Positions 26,600-34,855 of a stretch of 40,000 nt of DNA are shown piece by piece; the stretch's first letter is position 1; the number at the start of each line of letters is the position of its first letter. The DNA lies in the sequence record ON287375.1; one strand, written 5' to 3'. The position numbers were made by a program, and so were the translations under genes. The notes beneath the pieces are model-generated. The model made no database searches and had not been told where the DNA came from. It saw nothing but the letters and a program-made list of their open reading frames with translations. This stretch comes from Serratia phage vB_SmaM-Yubaba.

Positions 26600-27370
26600 A
26601 TGGGCCAGCAACAAAACTTCGTACGTCGTCCACAAACCATGTTCAACGACTTCCGTTATCCGATGCCTACCTCTGACAAACCAGTTGAAGGTGCTAAGTA
26701 TCCAGCTCGTTGGGTTTGGGACTTCGGTCTGAACGGCAACATCTACTTCAAAGTGAATGATGGTATTTGGGGTAAAGATGATCGCAACGCCAAGTCTAAA
26801 GAAGTTGAACTGTCAGTATTTGACCGTGGTGCACTGTTGAACCTGATGGAGAATGCGATCAATGATCCTAACTTCACCAAGGCTCAGTACCATGTTAAGA
26901 AAGTACAGTTTGGTTCTGGTGGTCGTCTGAACGATCATCCATCTACTCTGGGTACTTTCACTGTTATCCGTGATCAGCATGGTCGTATCCTGGTTGGTTA
27001 TTCCAAAGGAACTTACAAAGTAATGTTCCCATTCACCTCTCCTTATGAATCCACTATCCTGGTTTCCTCTAATGGTGGTGAACCAACTGAAGACCGTGGT
27101 CTGATGTCTCGTGTTTATTGCAAAGCTTTCATCGATTTCTCTCGTAAGTTCATGGATCAGTATGAATGGGATAACTACAAACCTAAAGAGAAGAAAGGTG
27201 AGAACAATAACGGCGGCGGTCGTCAAGGCGGCGGTAACTCTTGGGGTGGCAATAACCAAGGTGGCGGCAACAATAATAGTTGGGGTGGTAATGGCGGTAA
27301 TAGCAACCAGTCTTCTGGTCAAACTCGCTCAGCCCCAGCTAATGATTTCGATGATGACATCGACTTTTGA
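26600..27370 (+). CDS. SSB-like single-stranded DNA-binding protein
   Basis: Folded N-terminal ~190 aa, Gly/Asn-rich linker (GGGNSWGGNNQGGGNNNSWGG) and acidic tip DFDDDIDF. Confidence 0.65.
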   Translation: MGQQQNFVRRPQTMFNDFRYPMPTSDKPVEGAKYPARWVWDFGLNGNIYFKVNDGIWGKDDRNAKSKEVELSVFDRGALLNLMENAINDPNFTKAQYHVKKVQFGSGGRLNDHPSTLGTFTVIRDQHGRILVGYSKGTYKVMFPFTSPYESTILVSSNGGEPTEDRGLMSRVYCKAFIDFSRKFMDQYEWDNYKPKEKKGENNNGGGRQGGGNSWGGNNQGGGNNNSWGGNGGNSNQSSGQTRSAPANDFDDDIDF

Positions 27371-27390
27371 TGCCTAACTAATTCATAATC

Positions 27391-27416
27391 GAGAGTATCC
27401 CTTCGGGGATACTCTC
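27391..27416 (+). terminator. hairpin terminator with TTCG loop
   Basis: GAGAGTATCCC-TTCG-GGGATACTCTC followed by T-rich tract. Confidence 0.9.
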
Positions 27417-27500
27417 TCTATGTTTGTTTTGTTATTTTAATTAATAACTCTACGATCCATATCCTGTCAATTCATTTTTGTAATGTCTATAAATGTTGAA

Positions 27501-27522
27501 ACAGATATTATTAGAGTGTATG
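27501..27522 (+). promoter_or_regulatory. putative promoter
   Basis: ACAGATATTATTAGAGTGTATG, shares ATATTATTAGAGTGTAT with chmA promoter. Confidence 0.65.
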
Positions 27523-27555
27523 AACATAAATGAATTTAGTTTAGGAGGATGTGCA

Positions 27556-29196
27556 ATGCTACGTTATGATATCCGAATGAGCGGCAAGAAAAACATTGAC
27601 GCCATTATTGTAAGTTATAAAGGTGAAGAGATTATCTTCCGTGGTATTCAGAAAGTAAATGGTGGGGATGCCGACCAAGAACTGTTTGAATATCTGAATG
27701 AGTTCTTCGAAGGTTGTCAGCAGAAGAAAATCGACAAACTGTGGGATCTTCTTAAACAAGGTAAGAAGATTCTGGAGCCAGGTTATTTCGATGAAGTCGA
27801 TTCTGCAGAACTGTCTGAACTCAGAAAGAATAATGGTGACTATCGTTATCTGCAAGATAAACTGGAGCCGATCATTCGTGAGATCTATAACACTATCGCA
27901 CCTAATGAAGTAGCTTATGGTGCAATGGTGACCGGGCGTTGTAAAGCTCCGAAAGATCTGATGGCAATGTCTTCCCTGGGTGATTATCCAGAAGAAACAA
28001 CCATCGATAACATGAAGTATGAAGAACTGGTGAAGTTTGCATTTGCAGGCCAACTGTCCTTCCCGATCATTAACCAGTTGCTGGATCATGTTTCCGGTAT
28101 TGCAGGTAAAGACGGTAAAGATGCAATCGCGGGTGGTTTGATCTCTCGTATTGAAGCACTAACTGCTATGGATGGTTGGAAGATTCTCGACACATATGTT
28201 CGAGCATCTTGCATCCGTCAGGAAGCAAGACGCAATAGTATCAGTGTGGTCAGTGATGTTAAGTATATTGACTATATCGTATATAAAGGTTTGTTTAACA
28301 AACTGTGTCTGACTTTCCTGCCAAGCAAGATCAATGGCAAGAACCTTTCTAAAGAACTGAACAGTTTAGTAGAAGGTGAGATTCGTGGTGGATCCGATAT
28401 TAAGTTCAAAACTTATAAAGATCCAAAGCCAGGTTCTGATGATCAATCGATTCCAGAATCTTTCCGAATCACTCAGGCTGTAAACGGTACTGATGAAATT
28501 GCGCAGGCTGAGTATTTCACATTCGATTTGTATATCGAAGAACATACTCAAGATCAATGGGGTAATCCAGTAGTTAACTATCTGAAAAAGCCAAAGGACT
28601 TCTTCAGTCATCAATGTTTAGGTCTGGGCGTTAAGAACCAGTTCCTGGCAGAACGTCTGTTCAATACACTTCCACGTGTTTGGGATTTCCGTTTGAATTC
28701 CATCCATATGAAGTTACTGCAACTGGCATTCATCGACGACATTAACTATAACCTGATTCCGGTCCTGAACTATGACCAGCTCATGGCAGCTATCTGTCTG
28801 GCTCAAGTGAAACTGTTTGAAATGGGATTTGAGCATCTGGCATGTCTGTGTTCGATTGTTCGTAATCCTAGTTATCCAGTAGCGTTCTTGGATGATGACT
28901 TTAAGTTGTCCACTAAAGATCGTGAAATGCTGACTGAGATGTGTGACATTTATGTGGGTCAATCTGTATCCACTACTGAAAACATCTTAGTTAAATCTGT
29001 ATCTGATTTCCTGGACGAACTCAGTACCTCCGGTTGGGACTCCACTATCGAGCCTGGGCTGTTGGGTAATGAGAAATTCGTAAACGCGATGGCTTCTGGT
29101 CAAATGTATCAACTTGATCTTGTACCTGAAATGAAACGCGAACTCCTGGAATTGGTTAAACTGACAAACACTGTAGAAGAGAAGGAAGCTGAATAA
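27556..29196 (+). CDS. probable nvRNAP accessory subunit (phiKZ gp68-like)
   Basis: 546 aa; first gene of block whose order matches phiKZ gp68-gp75; in-frame ATG 27556 with TTAGGAGG. Confidence 0.6.
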   Translation: MLRYDIRMSGKKNIDAIIVSYKGEEIIFRGIQKVNGGDADQELFEYLNEFFEGCQQKKIDKLWDLLKQGKKILEPGYFDEVDSAELSELRKNNGDYRYLQDKLEPIIREIYNTIAPNEVAYGAMVTGRCKAPKDLMAMSSLGDYPEETTIDNMKYEELVKFAFAGQLSFPIINQLLDHVSGIAGKDGKDAIAGGLISRIEALTAMDGWKILDTYVRASCIRQEARRNSISVVSDVKYIDYIVYKGLFNKLCLTFLPSKINGKNLSKELNSLVEGEIRGGSDIKFKTYKDPKPGSDDQSIPESFRITQAVNGTDEIAQAEYFTFDLYIEEHTQDQWGNPVVNYLKKPKDFFSHQCLGLGVKNQFLAERLFNTLPRVWDFRLNSIHMKLLQLAFIDDINYNLIPVLNYDQLMAAICLAQVKLFEMGFEHLACLCSIVRNPSYPVAFLDDDFKLSTKDREMLTEMCDIYVGQSVSTTENILVKSVSDFLDELSTSGWDSTIEPGLLGNEKFVNAMASGQMYQLDLVPEMKRELLELVKLTNTVEEKEAE

Positions 29197-30743
29197 TGAA
29201 CATGACTCTGGTAAAAGCACGCGCTGGTCTGACTAACTACTATCACCAACAAGTAATCCGAAATGCAGCGATGGATATCGATCCAACTCTGATCGATCAG
29301 CTGACTGAAGAAAACCTGATGGGTGGTGTAAATCCAGCAACCCTGCAAATGGTTGCGGTTTATTCTGGTGGTCTGAATGCACAGGCAACTGATTTTGCTA
29401 ATATCATGGGTGGTTGGAATGAATCCAAAGGTTTGATGATGCTGGACTTCATCACTCAGGATTCTCCGGTAGCTGTAGAATATATGCACGTTATCGGTTA
29501 TGTCACCAATAACGGTTCCGACCAAGGTCTGACTACTGATGCAGTGTTCACACCGGTAATGAGCTGGAAGACTCATGAAACCATTACAGCTAACTTCCTG
29601 GGTGGGGATACTCCAACTACCACTCGTCGGATGATTGGCGGTCGTACTGATTATCTCTTGAACGATGGTTCTCAGGCTCAGGGTATGGTTTCCATGCGAC
29701 CGAATGACGTCATCGATTTCTCCATTGAGCGTGCAGGTGCTCAAGATGTAATGGAACGTATGGAAGACGAAGGTCTGACTGGTGTTATCCCACAGATTGG
29801 TGTTGCCGGAACAAGTATCGATCGTGTTGGTGTTATTGCATCTAAACGTAATAACCTGAACCCAAGTTCTTATGCCAAAGACATTCTGTCTGCTGGTACT
29901 GGTTATCAACGTAACCAACAACTGAGCAGCAATACTGTTGATAGCATGGGTGAAAACCTGAGCGTGTTCGATGGGATGTTCAACGATCTGGCAGCCGTAT
30001 CTTATCAGGCAAGCAATAAAGAACCACAACTTCTGCGTGATGACTTCTTCCGTTCTATGATGGATGTAATGGGCCAAGCACAGATGCGTGGGTTTACTGG
30101 TTATTCCATCAGTGACTTGCTGTGCGCATTCGAGAACCTGAACGATGTTCTGGATCTAACATTCATGGATAAAGCCCAGTTCGCGGTAAATGATTTTACC
30201 CAGAACACTGAGAGCATGGGTACTTCTCAAATTGAAGAATTCGTGTCTCAGGAAATTACCATGAATATCATGGACCTGATGATCAAGTATGGTCTGTCTG
30301 CAATCAACTTCCGTGGTTCTAACTGTGACCACTTTGGTGGGGACGGTGCTCTGAGCAACGTGGTTATTCTTCCTTATAGTCCGGCATCTCTGTCTGAAGA
30401 TGACTTTGATATTGGTAATAAGGTACAAGCATTTGTCGATGAACTGACTAACCAGATCTTCGCTAAACTGAATGGTCTGCGTACTTCTGATTTGACTCCG
30501 ATTCGTTTTGATGTAAATGCCGAACTGTTTGGTACTTGTATCATCAACATGCAACGGGTGACCGATCAGAACATGTCTACTGGGTTTAACCTGCAGGATA
30601 CTGGAGTTCCTACTGGTATGTGTTCTCGCGTATATCCGACTTATGCGTTGAATAACTATTCCCCAGTTATTGGTGATAAAGAACAAGCTCAGCTGGCTGG
30701 GTCTAACTTCTATACCAATATCACCAACCACTTCTCTCGCTAA
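29196..30743 (+). CDS. conserved phiKZ-like protein (gp69-like position), function unknown
   Basis: Second gene of block, 515 aa, high-expression codon usage. Confidence 0.65.
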   Translation: MNMTLVKARAGLTNYYHQQVIRNAAMDIDPTLIDQLTEENLMGGVNPATLQMVAVYSGGLNAQATDFANIMGGWNESKGLMMLDFITQDSPVAVEYMHVIGYVTNNGSDQGLTTDAVFTPVMSWKTHETITANFLGGDTPTTTRRMIGGRTDYLLNDGSQAQGMVSMRPNDVIDFSIERAGAQDVMERMEDEGLTGVIPQIGVAGTSIDRVGVIASKRNNLNPSSYAKDILSAGTGYQRNQQLSSNTVDSMGENLSVFDGMFNDLAAVSYQASNKEPQLLRDDFFRSMMDVMGQAQMRGFTGYSISDLLCAFENLNDVLDLTFMDKAQFAVNDFTQNTESMGTSQIEEFVSQEITMNIMDLMIKYGLSAINFRGSNCDHFGGDGALSNVVILPYSPASLSEDDFDIGNKVQAFVDELTNQIFAKLNGLRTSDLTPIRFDVNAELFGTCIINMQRVTDQNMSTGFNLQDTGVPTGMCSRVYPTYALNNYSPVIGDKEQAQLAGSNFYTNITNHFSR

Positions 30744-30768
30744 CAAATTTAAAACTGGAATATAGATA

Positions 30769-32259
30769 ATGAACAAGCTGAATAAACTGTATGAAGCAAT
30801 GCTGAAATCCTGGGGCTGTGTGTTTGGTGAAGACGCAGCACTGATGTTAAACTTTGCTGGTACTGAAGTTCCGGTTAAGGTTGATGACAAGCAGACTTAT
30901 CTGCCTACATCTGAAAACCTGAATGGCGTGACTATCGGTAAAGTGTTCTTCCATCCAGCATGCGAATCCATCATGTCTAAGGAAACCGAGATCTTTAAGG
31001 TTATCCGTAAACTGACTTCTGCCAAGATCTATGCAGTATTCCAGCCGATTGCTGATGTACTGTTCTCTGTGGCTGGTAAAAAGTCAGGTAAGACTTTGAA
31101 TGGCAAAATGCTGGAAATGCTGGAACCTTTCAAAACAGCAACCAAAGCAGTTAAACAGGAAGTGATCGATATTATCAAAACGATCTCTATTACTGTTGAA
31201 GGTAATGGGTTGGATACTCGACTGATCAACTTCAGTCTGATTAAAGGTGGTAAAACGGATGACGATGAGTCCATCTATTATACTGCTACTCCAAGCTTCC
31301 CGTTCTATACTGAACTGTGTCGGACCATCGGTCAGAACGATCACATGAAGCCAGGTGATCGCCTGAACTTCAATAACCTGAATGTATCCATGCAAGCTAT
31401 GCGTACAACTCAGGCTCTGTTCGAACTGGCACTGCCGGCATGTCTGGATCCATCTCGTAAGAAGTATTCCACTACTTCTCCTGATGCAGCACGTCTGGTT
31501 GCTTATCTGCATTCGTATGGTCTGGTTGCATCTGACCTGAACAGTCTGATTGGTAAGTTCCGTAAAGAGTTCGACTCCATTGGTATTTATGGTATCGATC
31601 TGGAATGGTTGTCTGATCTGGATGAAATCGGTGAAATCAAGAAACTGATTCCTTCCCTGGATTATAACAACTACAACATGACTTCTGCTCCAGAAGCTCC
31701 GGCGTCTAACAGTGGTGCTCGTATCTCTAGCTATAACCCAATGGCTGGTGTGCTGAACACTATTAGCGATAATGGAAATGTACCGGCTCCTACTGGTGCT
31801 AATACTCCTGCTTCTGCTCCTAAGACTCCAGATGCACTGCCAGGTGAGAACTATATCGGTTGTGATTATAACCAGACTAGCGGTATTTATGAATTTAAAT
31901 TCCAACAGTCTAATGGTTATGTTCGTGTTCGTTGTGTGGCTGAAGATGGTCGTTTCATTTCTGAGAACTTCCAAAACCCAATGCAGCAAAACAACATGGG
32001 CATGCCTGGCATGATGGCTCTCCCTAATACCGGTCTTCCAGGAATGATGCCAATCCCCGGTATGATGAACGGCATGCCAAACACCGGTTTGCCTATGGGT
32101 ATGCAGATGGGTGGGTTTGTTCGTGATCCGTATACCGGTGGTTTCGTACCAGCAGGTAACCAGATGCAGAACAACTTCCAACAACCAATGAACACTGGCT
32201 TCCAGAATCCAATCGGTGGAATGGAATACGGTGGTACTGTTGGGATTAACAACTACTAA
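30769..32259 (+). CDS. conserved phiKZ-like protein (gp70-like position) with Met/Pro/Gly/Asn-rich tail
   Basis: 496 aa; C-terminal low-complexity GMPGMMALPNTGLPGMMPIPGMMNGMPNTGLPMGMQMGG. Confidence 0.7.
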   Translation: MNKLNKLYEAMLKSWGCVFGEDAALMLNFAGTEVPVKVDDKQTYLPTSENLNGVTIGKVFFHPACESIMSKETEIFKVIRKLTSAKIYAVFQPIADVLFSVAGKKSGKTLNGKMLEMLEPFKTATKAVKQEVIDIIKTISITVEGNGLDTRLINFSLIKGGKTDDDESIYYTATPSFPFYTELCRTIGQNDHMKPGDRLNFNNLNVSMQAMRTTQALFELALPACLDPSRKKYSTTSPDAARLVAYLHSYGLVASDLNSLIGKFRKEFDSIGIYGIDLEWLSDLDEIGEIKKLIPSLDYNNYNMTSAPEAPASNSGARISSYNPMAGVLNTISDNGNVPAPTGANTPASAPKTPDALPGENYIGCDYNQTSGIYEFKFQQSNGYVRVRCVAEDGRFISENFQNPMQQNNMGMPGMMALPNTGLPGMMPIPGMMNGMPNTGLPMGMQMGGFVRDPYTGGFVPAGNQMQNNFQQPMNTGFQNPIGGMEYGGTVGINNY

Positions 32260-32282
32260 TTAGAAAACATTTATGTAAATAA

Positions 32283-32310
32283 CTACCACCTACTCTATAG
32301 TAGGTGGTAG
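32283..32310. terminator. bidirectional terminator between convergent genes
   Basis: CTACCACCTACT-CTAT-AGTAGGTGGTAG, between 32259(+) and 32332(-). Confidence 0.88.
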
Positions 32311-32331
32311 CTTTATATATTTGTTTTTCTT

Positions 32332-32667
32332 TTATTCTCTTCTTACACGAGTTACTTGAATGACAGAATCAATTTGTTCTGCTGTAACGGTGTAGATTCC
32401 TTTTAAGTGCATAAAGTCCTGATTAGGATCTTCAATACCATTTAGATAACTAATGGTCCAGATCAACTCCTCAGGGATAGATGGATTCTCACCACCCAAC
32501 TGTCTAAGGAATTTGTGGAAGTTGTAACGATAAGCAAACTTAATTGAATCCCCGATGAATGGAGAGAAAGAAGCTTGTGCTAACAAAATCTCTTTGCAAG
32601 AACGAATGATTGTTTTGTATTCTGGGGTAAAGTAATATGCATTACCATAAGGAACGATTAAAGGCAT
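32332..32667 (-). CDS. hypothetical protein, ~111 aa, isolated minus-strand gene
   Basis: Fills a gap between plus-strand genes; ATG at 32667 preceded by GGAAACC on minus strand. Confidence 0.75.
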   Translation of the reverse strand: MPLIVPYGNAYYFTPEYKTIIRSCKEILLAQASFSPFIGDSIKFAYRYNFHKFLRQLGGENPSIPEELIWTISYLNGIEDPNQDFMHLKGIYTVTAEQIDSVIQVTRVRRE

Positions 32668-32703
32668 AACGGTTTCCAATTAATTTTGAGCCAAAGATAA
32701 TCA

Positions 32704-32726
32704 GACAGATATTATCTATATGTAAT
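32704..32726 (+). promoter_or_regulatory. putative promoter
   Basis: GACAGATATTATCTATATGTAAT, matches recurrent motif. Confidence 0.6.
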
Positions 32727-32746
32727 CAACATAGAGGTATTAGTGA

Positions 32747-34855
32747 ATGAGCAATAAACATAACCAAATAAAATCTAATACTGCTGGCCTAGCCATCGGT
32801 ATGAACCCAAACCGTGCAACTAACTCCTCTGCACGTTTGTATATGCTTGGTAAGAACCAAGGTAAGGCTGCCGTTATTTGGGGATCCACTAACCGCAAAT
32901 ATTCCTCTGGCGATGAACAAGAATATGCACGAACTGCTCGAAAGGTACAAGCTCTCTCTGATGTGGAAGTCGAAGAGGTTCTGTTTGTACGTGACATCAT
33001 TAACGAAAAAGAACCCAGCATGTGGGGTACTTATTATGTAATCGTTAAGGATCTAGAAACTGGCTTCTATGATCTCATCGAGATGCCCAAGTTCAATGCT
33101 CAAAATATGGACCTTGGCTTTGAGTATCATTATGATAACGACCTGATGCGTCAGTTAACTAAAGGTGCTCGATTCCGTAAAGGTACCGTGTTCGCGACCA
33201 GTAGTCGAATCACTGAGTCCAATGAGTGGTGTCCTGGTGTTGAGACTAAAGTAGCTGCGATGTCTCACTCGTATACCGAGGAGGATGCGGTATTCATCTT
33301 TGAACATTATGCCAAGAAGATTGGTGTAACATTCAAACGTAATCTGGAGTTCCAATGGAACGAAGAAGAATACGTTATGTTGAATCTGTATGGCACACTG
33401 GATAATCACCAAGGTGTTCCACTGTCTGGTGAGAAGGTTCGTAGCGATGGTATTGTAATGGGCTTCCGTCGTAAGGATCCTGATGCAGCAATGGCTGGCT
33501 TAACTAAAGCAGCTCTGATGAATCCAGATCCAATTTATGACATTCTGTTCTATTCATCTCCAAACTGTATCGTTGCAGATATCAAAGTTGAGACTGAGCG
33601 TTATAAGAACCTATCCAATAACAAACGTGCTGAGAAACGTAGTCAACCTCATACTCGTCTACTGGAAAGACTGGAAGAGGAACAAAACAGTTTCGCAAAT
33701 AGCATCGTGAGCTGGTATCGTTCTAAGCAGAAACAGTATATCGATAAGAAACCACCTCTGACTCGTGAACTGTGGAACTTCATTACCTTTATGGGCGCAG
33801 GTCAGATCACTCGTGATTTCACCACTCCAAACTCTAATGGTAAATATACTAAGATCAAACGTAAGCTGGGTAATATCCAGTTGAAAGATTGGCGTATCCA
33901 AGTTTCTCTGCGTGAAGATGTAGAAGGTCAGGTTCGATTCAAGAATACTGGTATGGATGGTAACAAATCCGTTATCATGAAAATCCTACCATCTGAATGT
34001 GCGCCAGTTGATGATCACGGTGTAATGGCCGACATGGTTGTTGGTAACACTCCTGGTTATCGTCGACAGATCTTTAACTCCTTTATGGAATTAGATATCA
34101 ACTTTGTCAATATCCATCTTTATCCAGAAATCGTTAAAGCGTATCAAGCCAAAGACTTCAAGAAAGCCTGGCAGCTTGCACGTGATTTCTATGATACCGT
34201 TTCTCCTGATCATGGGGCGATGGCAGATGCGTTTAATGCGGAAGAACGTATGCAGCATCTGGAATGGATTATGCGGGATGAGAATGAGTTCTCTGCGCTT
34301 GGTAATAACACTGGCGATGTTCAAGGTGTTAAAATCATCGAACGTCTTGCAGACAAATATCCGCACATTCAACCAACTCCAGTAACTTGGATTAATGAAT
34401 GGGGTGAAAAGAAACGTAGTCGCCATCCAATCGTGATTAGTTCCGTTTATTATATCATGTTGGATAAATTCGGTGATGACATCTCTTGTCAATCCACTCC
34501 GAAGCTGAACATCTTTGGTCTGCCGACATCTCTGTCCAAGCATGAACGTGCTCGTGATTTCTATCGTGCAACGTTGAACCGAAATGTGGGCGAGACTGAA
34601 GGTCGTTTATATATTAACCAAAAAGGTGGCGGTGCAGCAGTACGAGTACTGGCTTTAGCCAACAGCGCCGAGTTGTTAGAAGAAGCTGTCCGTCGATTAA
34701 TTCGTTCCGACAACCCATTCGAAATTCCGCGTCTGGTCCTACCTGGTGAAGAGAAGAAGAACCACTCTCTCCAGGTAATTGATAACATGCTCTCTGATTT
34801 TGGTTTAGGATTTAGGAAAGAAAATGAAAACGATAAAGCTGCGCGAGTTCGCTAA
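32747..34855 (+). CDS. non-virion RNA polymerase beta C-terminal subunit (phiKZ gp71-73-like)
   Basis: DGNKSVIMKILPSECAPVDDHGVMADMVVG resembles beta catalytic GRHGNKGVI.KI.P..DMP...G...D; adjacent to beta' C-terminal gene. Confidence 0.85.
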   Translation: MSNKHNQIKSNTAGLAIGMNPNRATNSSARLYMLGKNQGKAAVIWGSTNRKYSSGDEQEYARTARKVQALSDVEVEEVLFVRDIINEKEPSMWGTYYVIVKDLETGFYDLIEMPKFNAQNMDLGFEYHYDNDLMRQLTKGARFRKGTVFATSSRITESNEWCPGVETKVAAMSHSYTEEDAVFIFEHYAKKIGVTFKRNLEFQWNEEEYVMLNLYGTLDNHQGVPLSGEKVRSDGIVMGFRRKDPDAAMAGLTKAALMNPDPIYDILFYSSPNCIVADIKVETERYKNLSNNKRAEKRSQPHTRLLERLEEEQNSFANSIVSWYRSKQKQYIDKKPPLTRELWNFITFMGAGQITRDFTTPNSNGKYTKIKRKLGNIQLKDWRIQVSLREDVEGQVRFKNTGMDGNKSVIMKILPSECAPVDDHGVMADMVVGNTPGYRRQIFNSFMELDINFVNIHLYPEIVKAYQAKDFKKAWQLARDFYDTVSPDHGAMADAFNAEERMQHLEWIMRDENEFSALGNNTGDVQGVKIIERLADKYPHIQPTPVTWINEWGEKKRSRHPIVISSVYYIMLDKFGDDISCQSTPKLNIFGLPTSLSKHERARDFYRATLNRNVGETEGRLYINQKGGGAAVRVLALANSAELLEEAVRRLIRSDNPFEIPRLVLPGEEKKNHSLQVIDNMLSDFGLGFRKENENDKAARVR

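Noticed and set aside
26813-27322. 169-aa antisense Thr-rich ORF
   Set aside because: Shadow of the low-complexity glycine-rich linker
27111-27377. 88-aa ORF in another frame
   Set aside because: Produced by the GGN-rich linker coding region of the SSB-like gene
29109-30077. 322-aa antisense ORF
   Set aside because: Shadow of 29196-30743 gene
31084-32184. 366-aa antisense ORF
   Set aside because: Shadow of the 30769-32259 gene; repetitive His/Thr composition from reverse reading
32000-32250. Imperfect repeated ATG/CCT/GGT-rich DNA
   Set aside because: Coding repeat of the Met/Pro/Gly tail rather than a CRISPR or iteron array; no regular spacers
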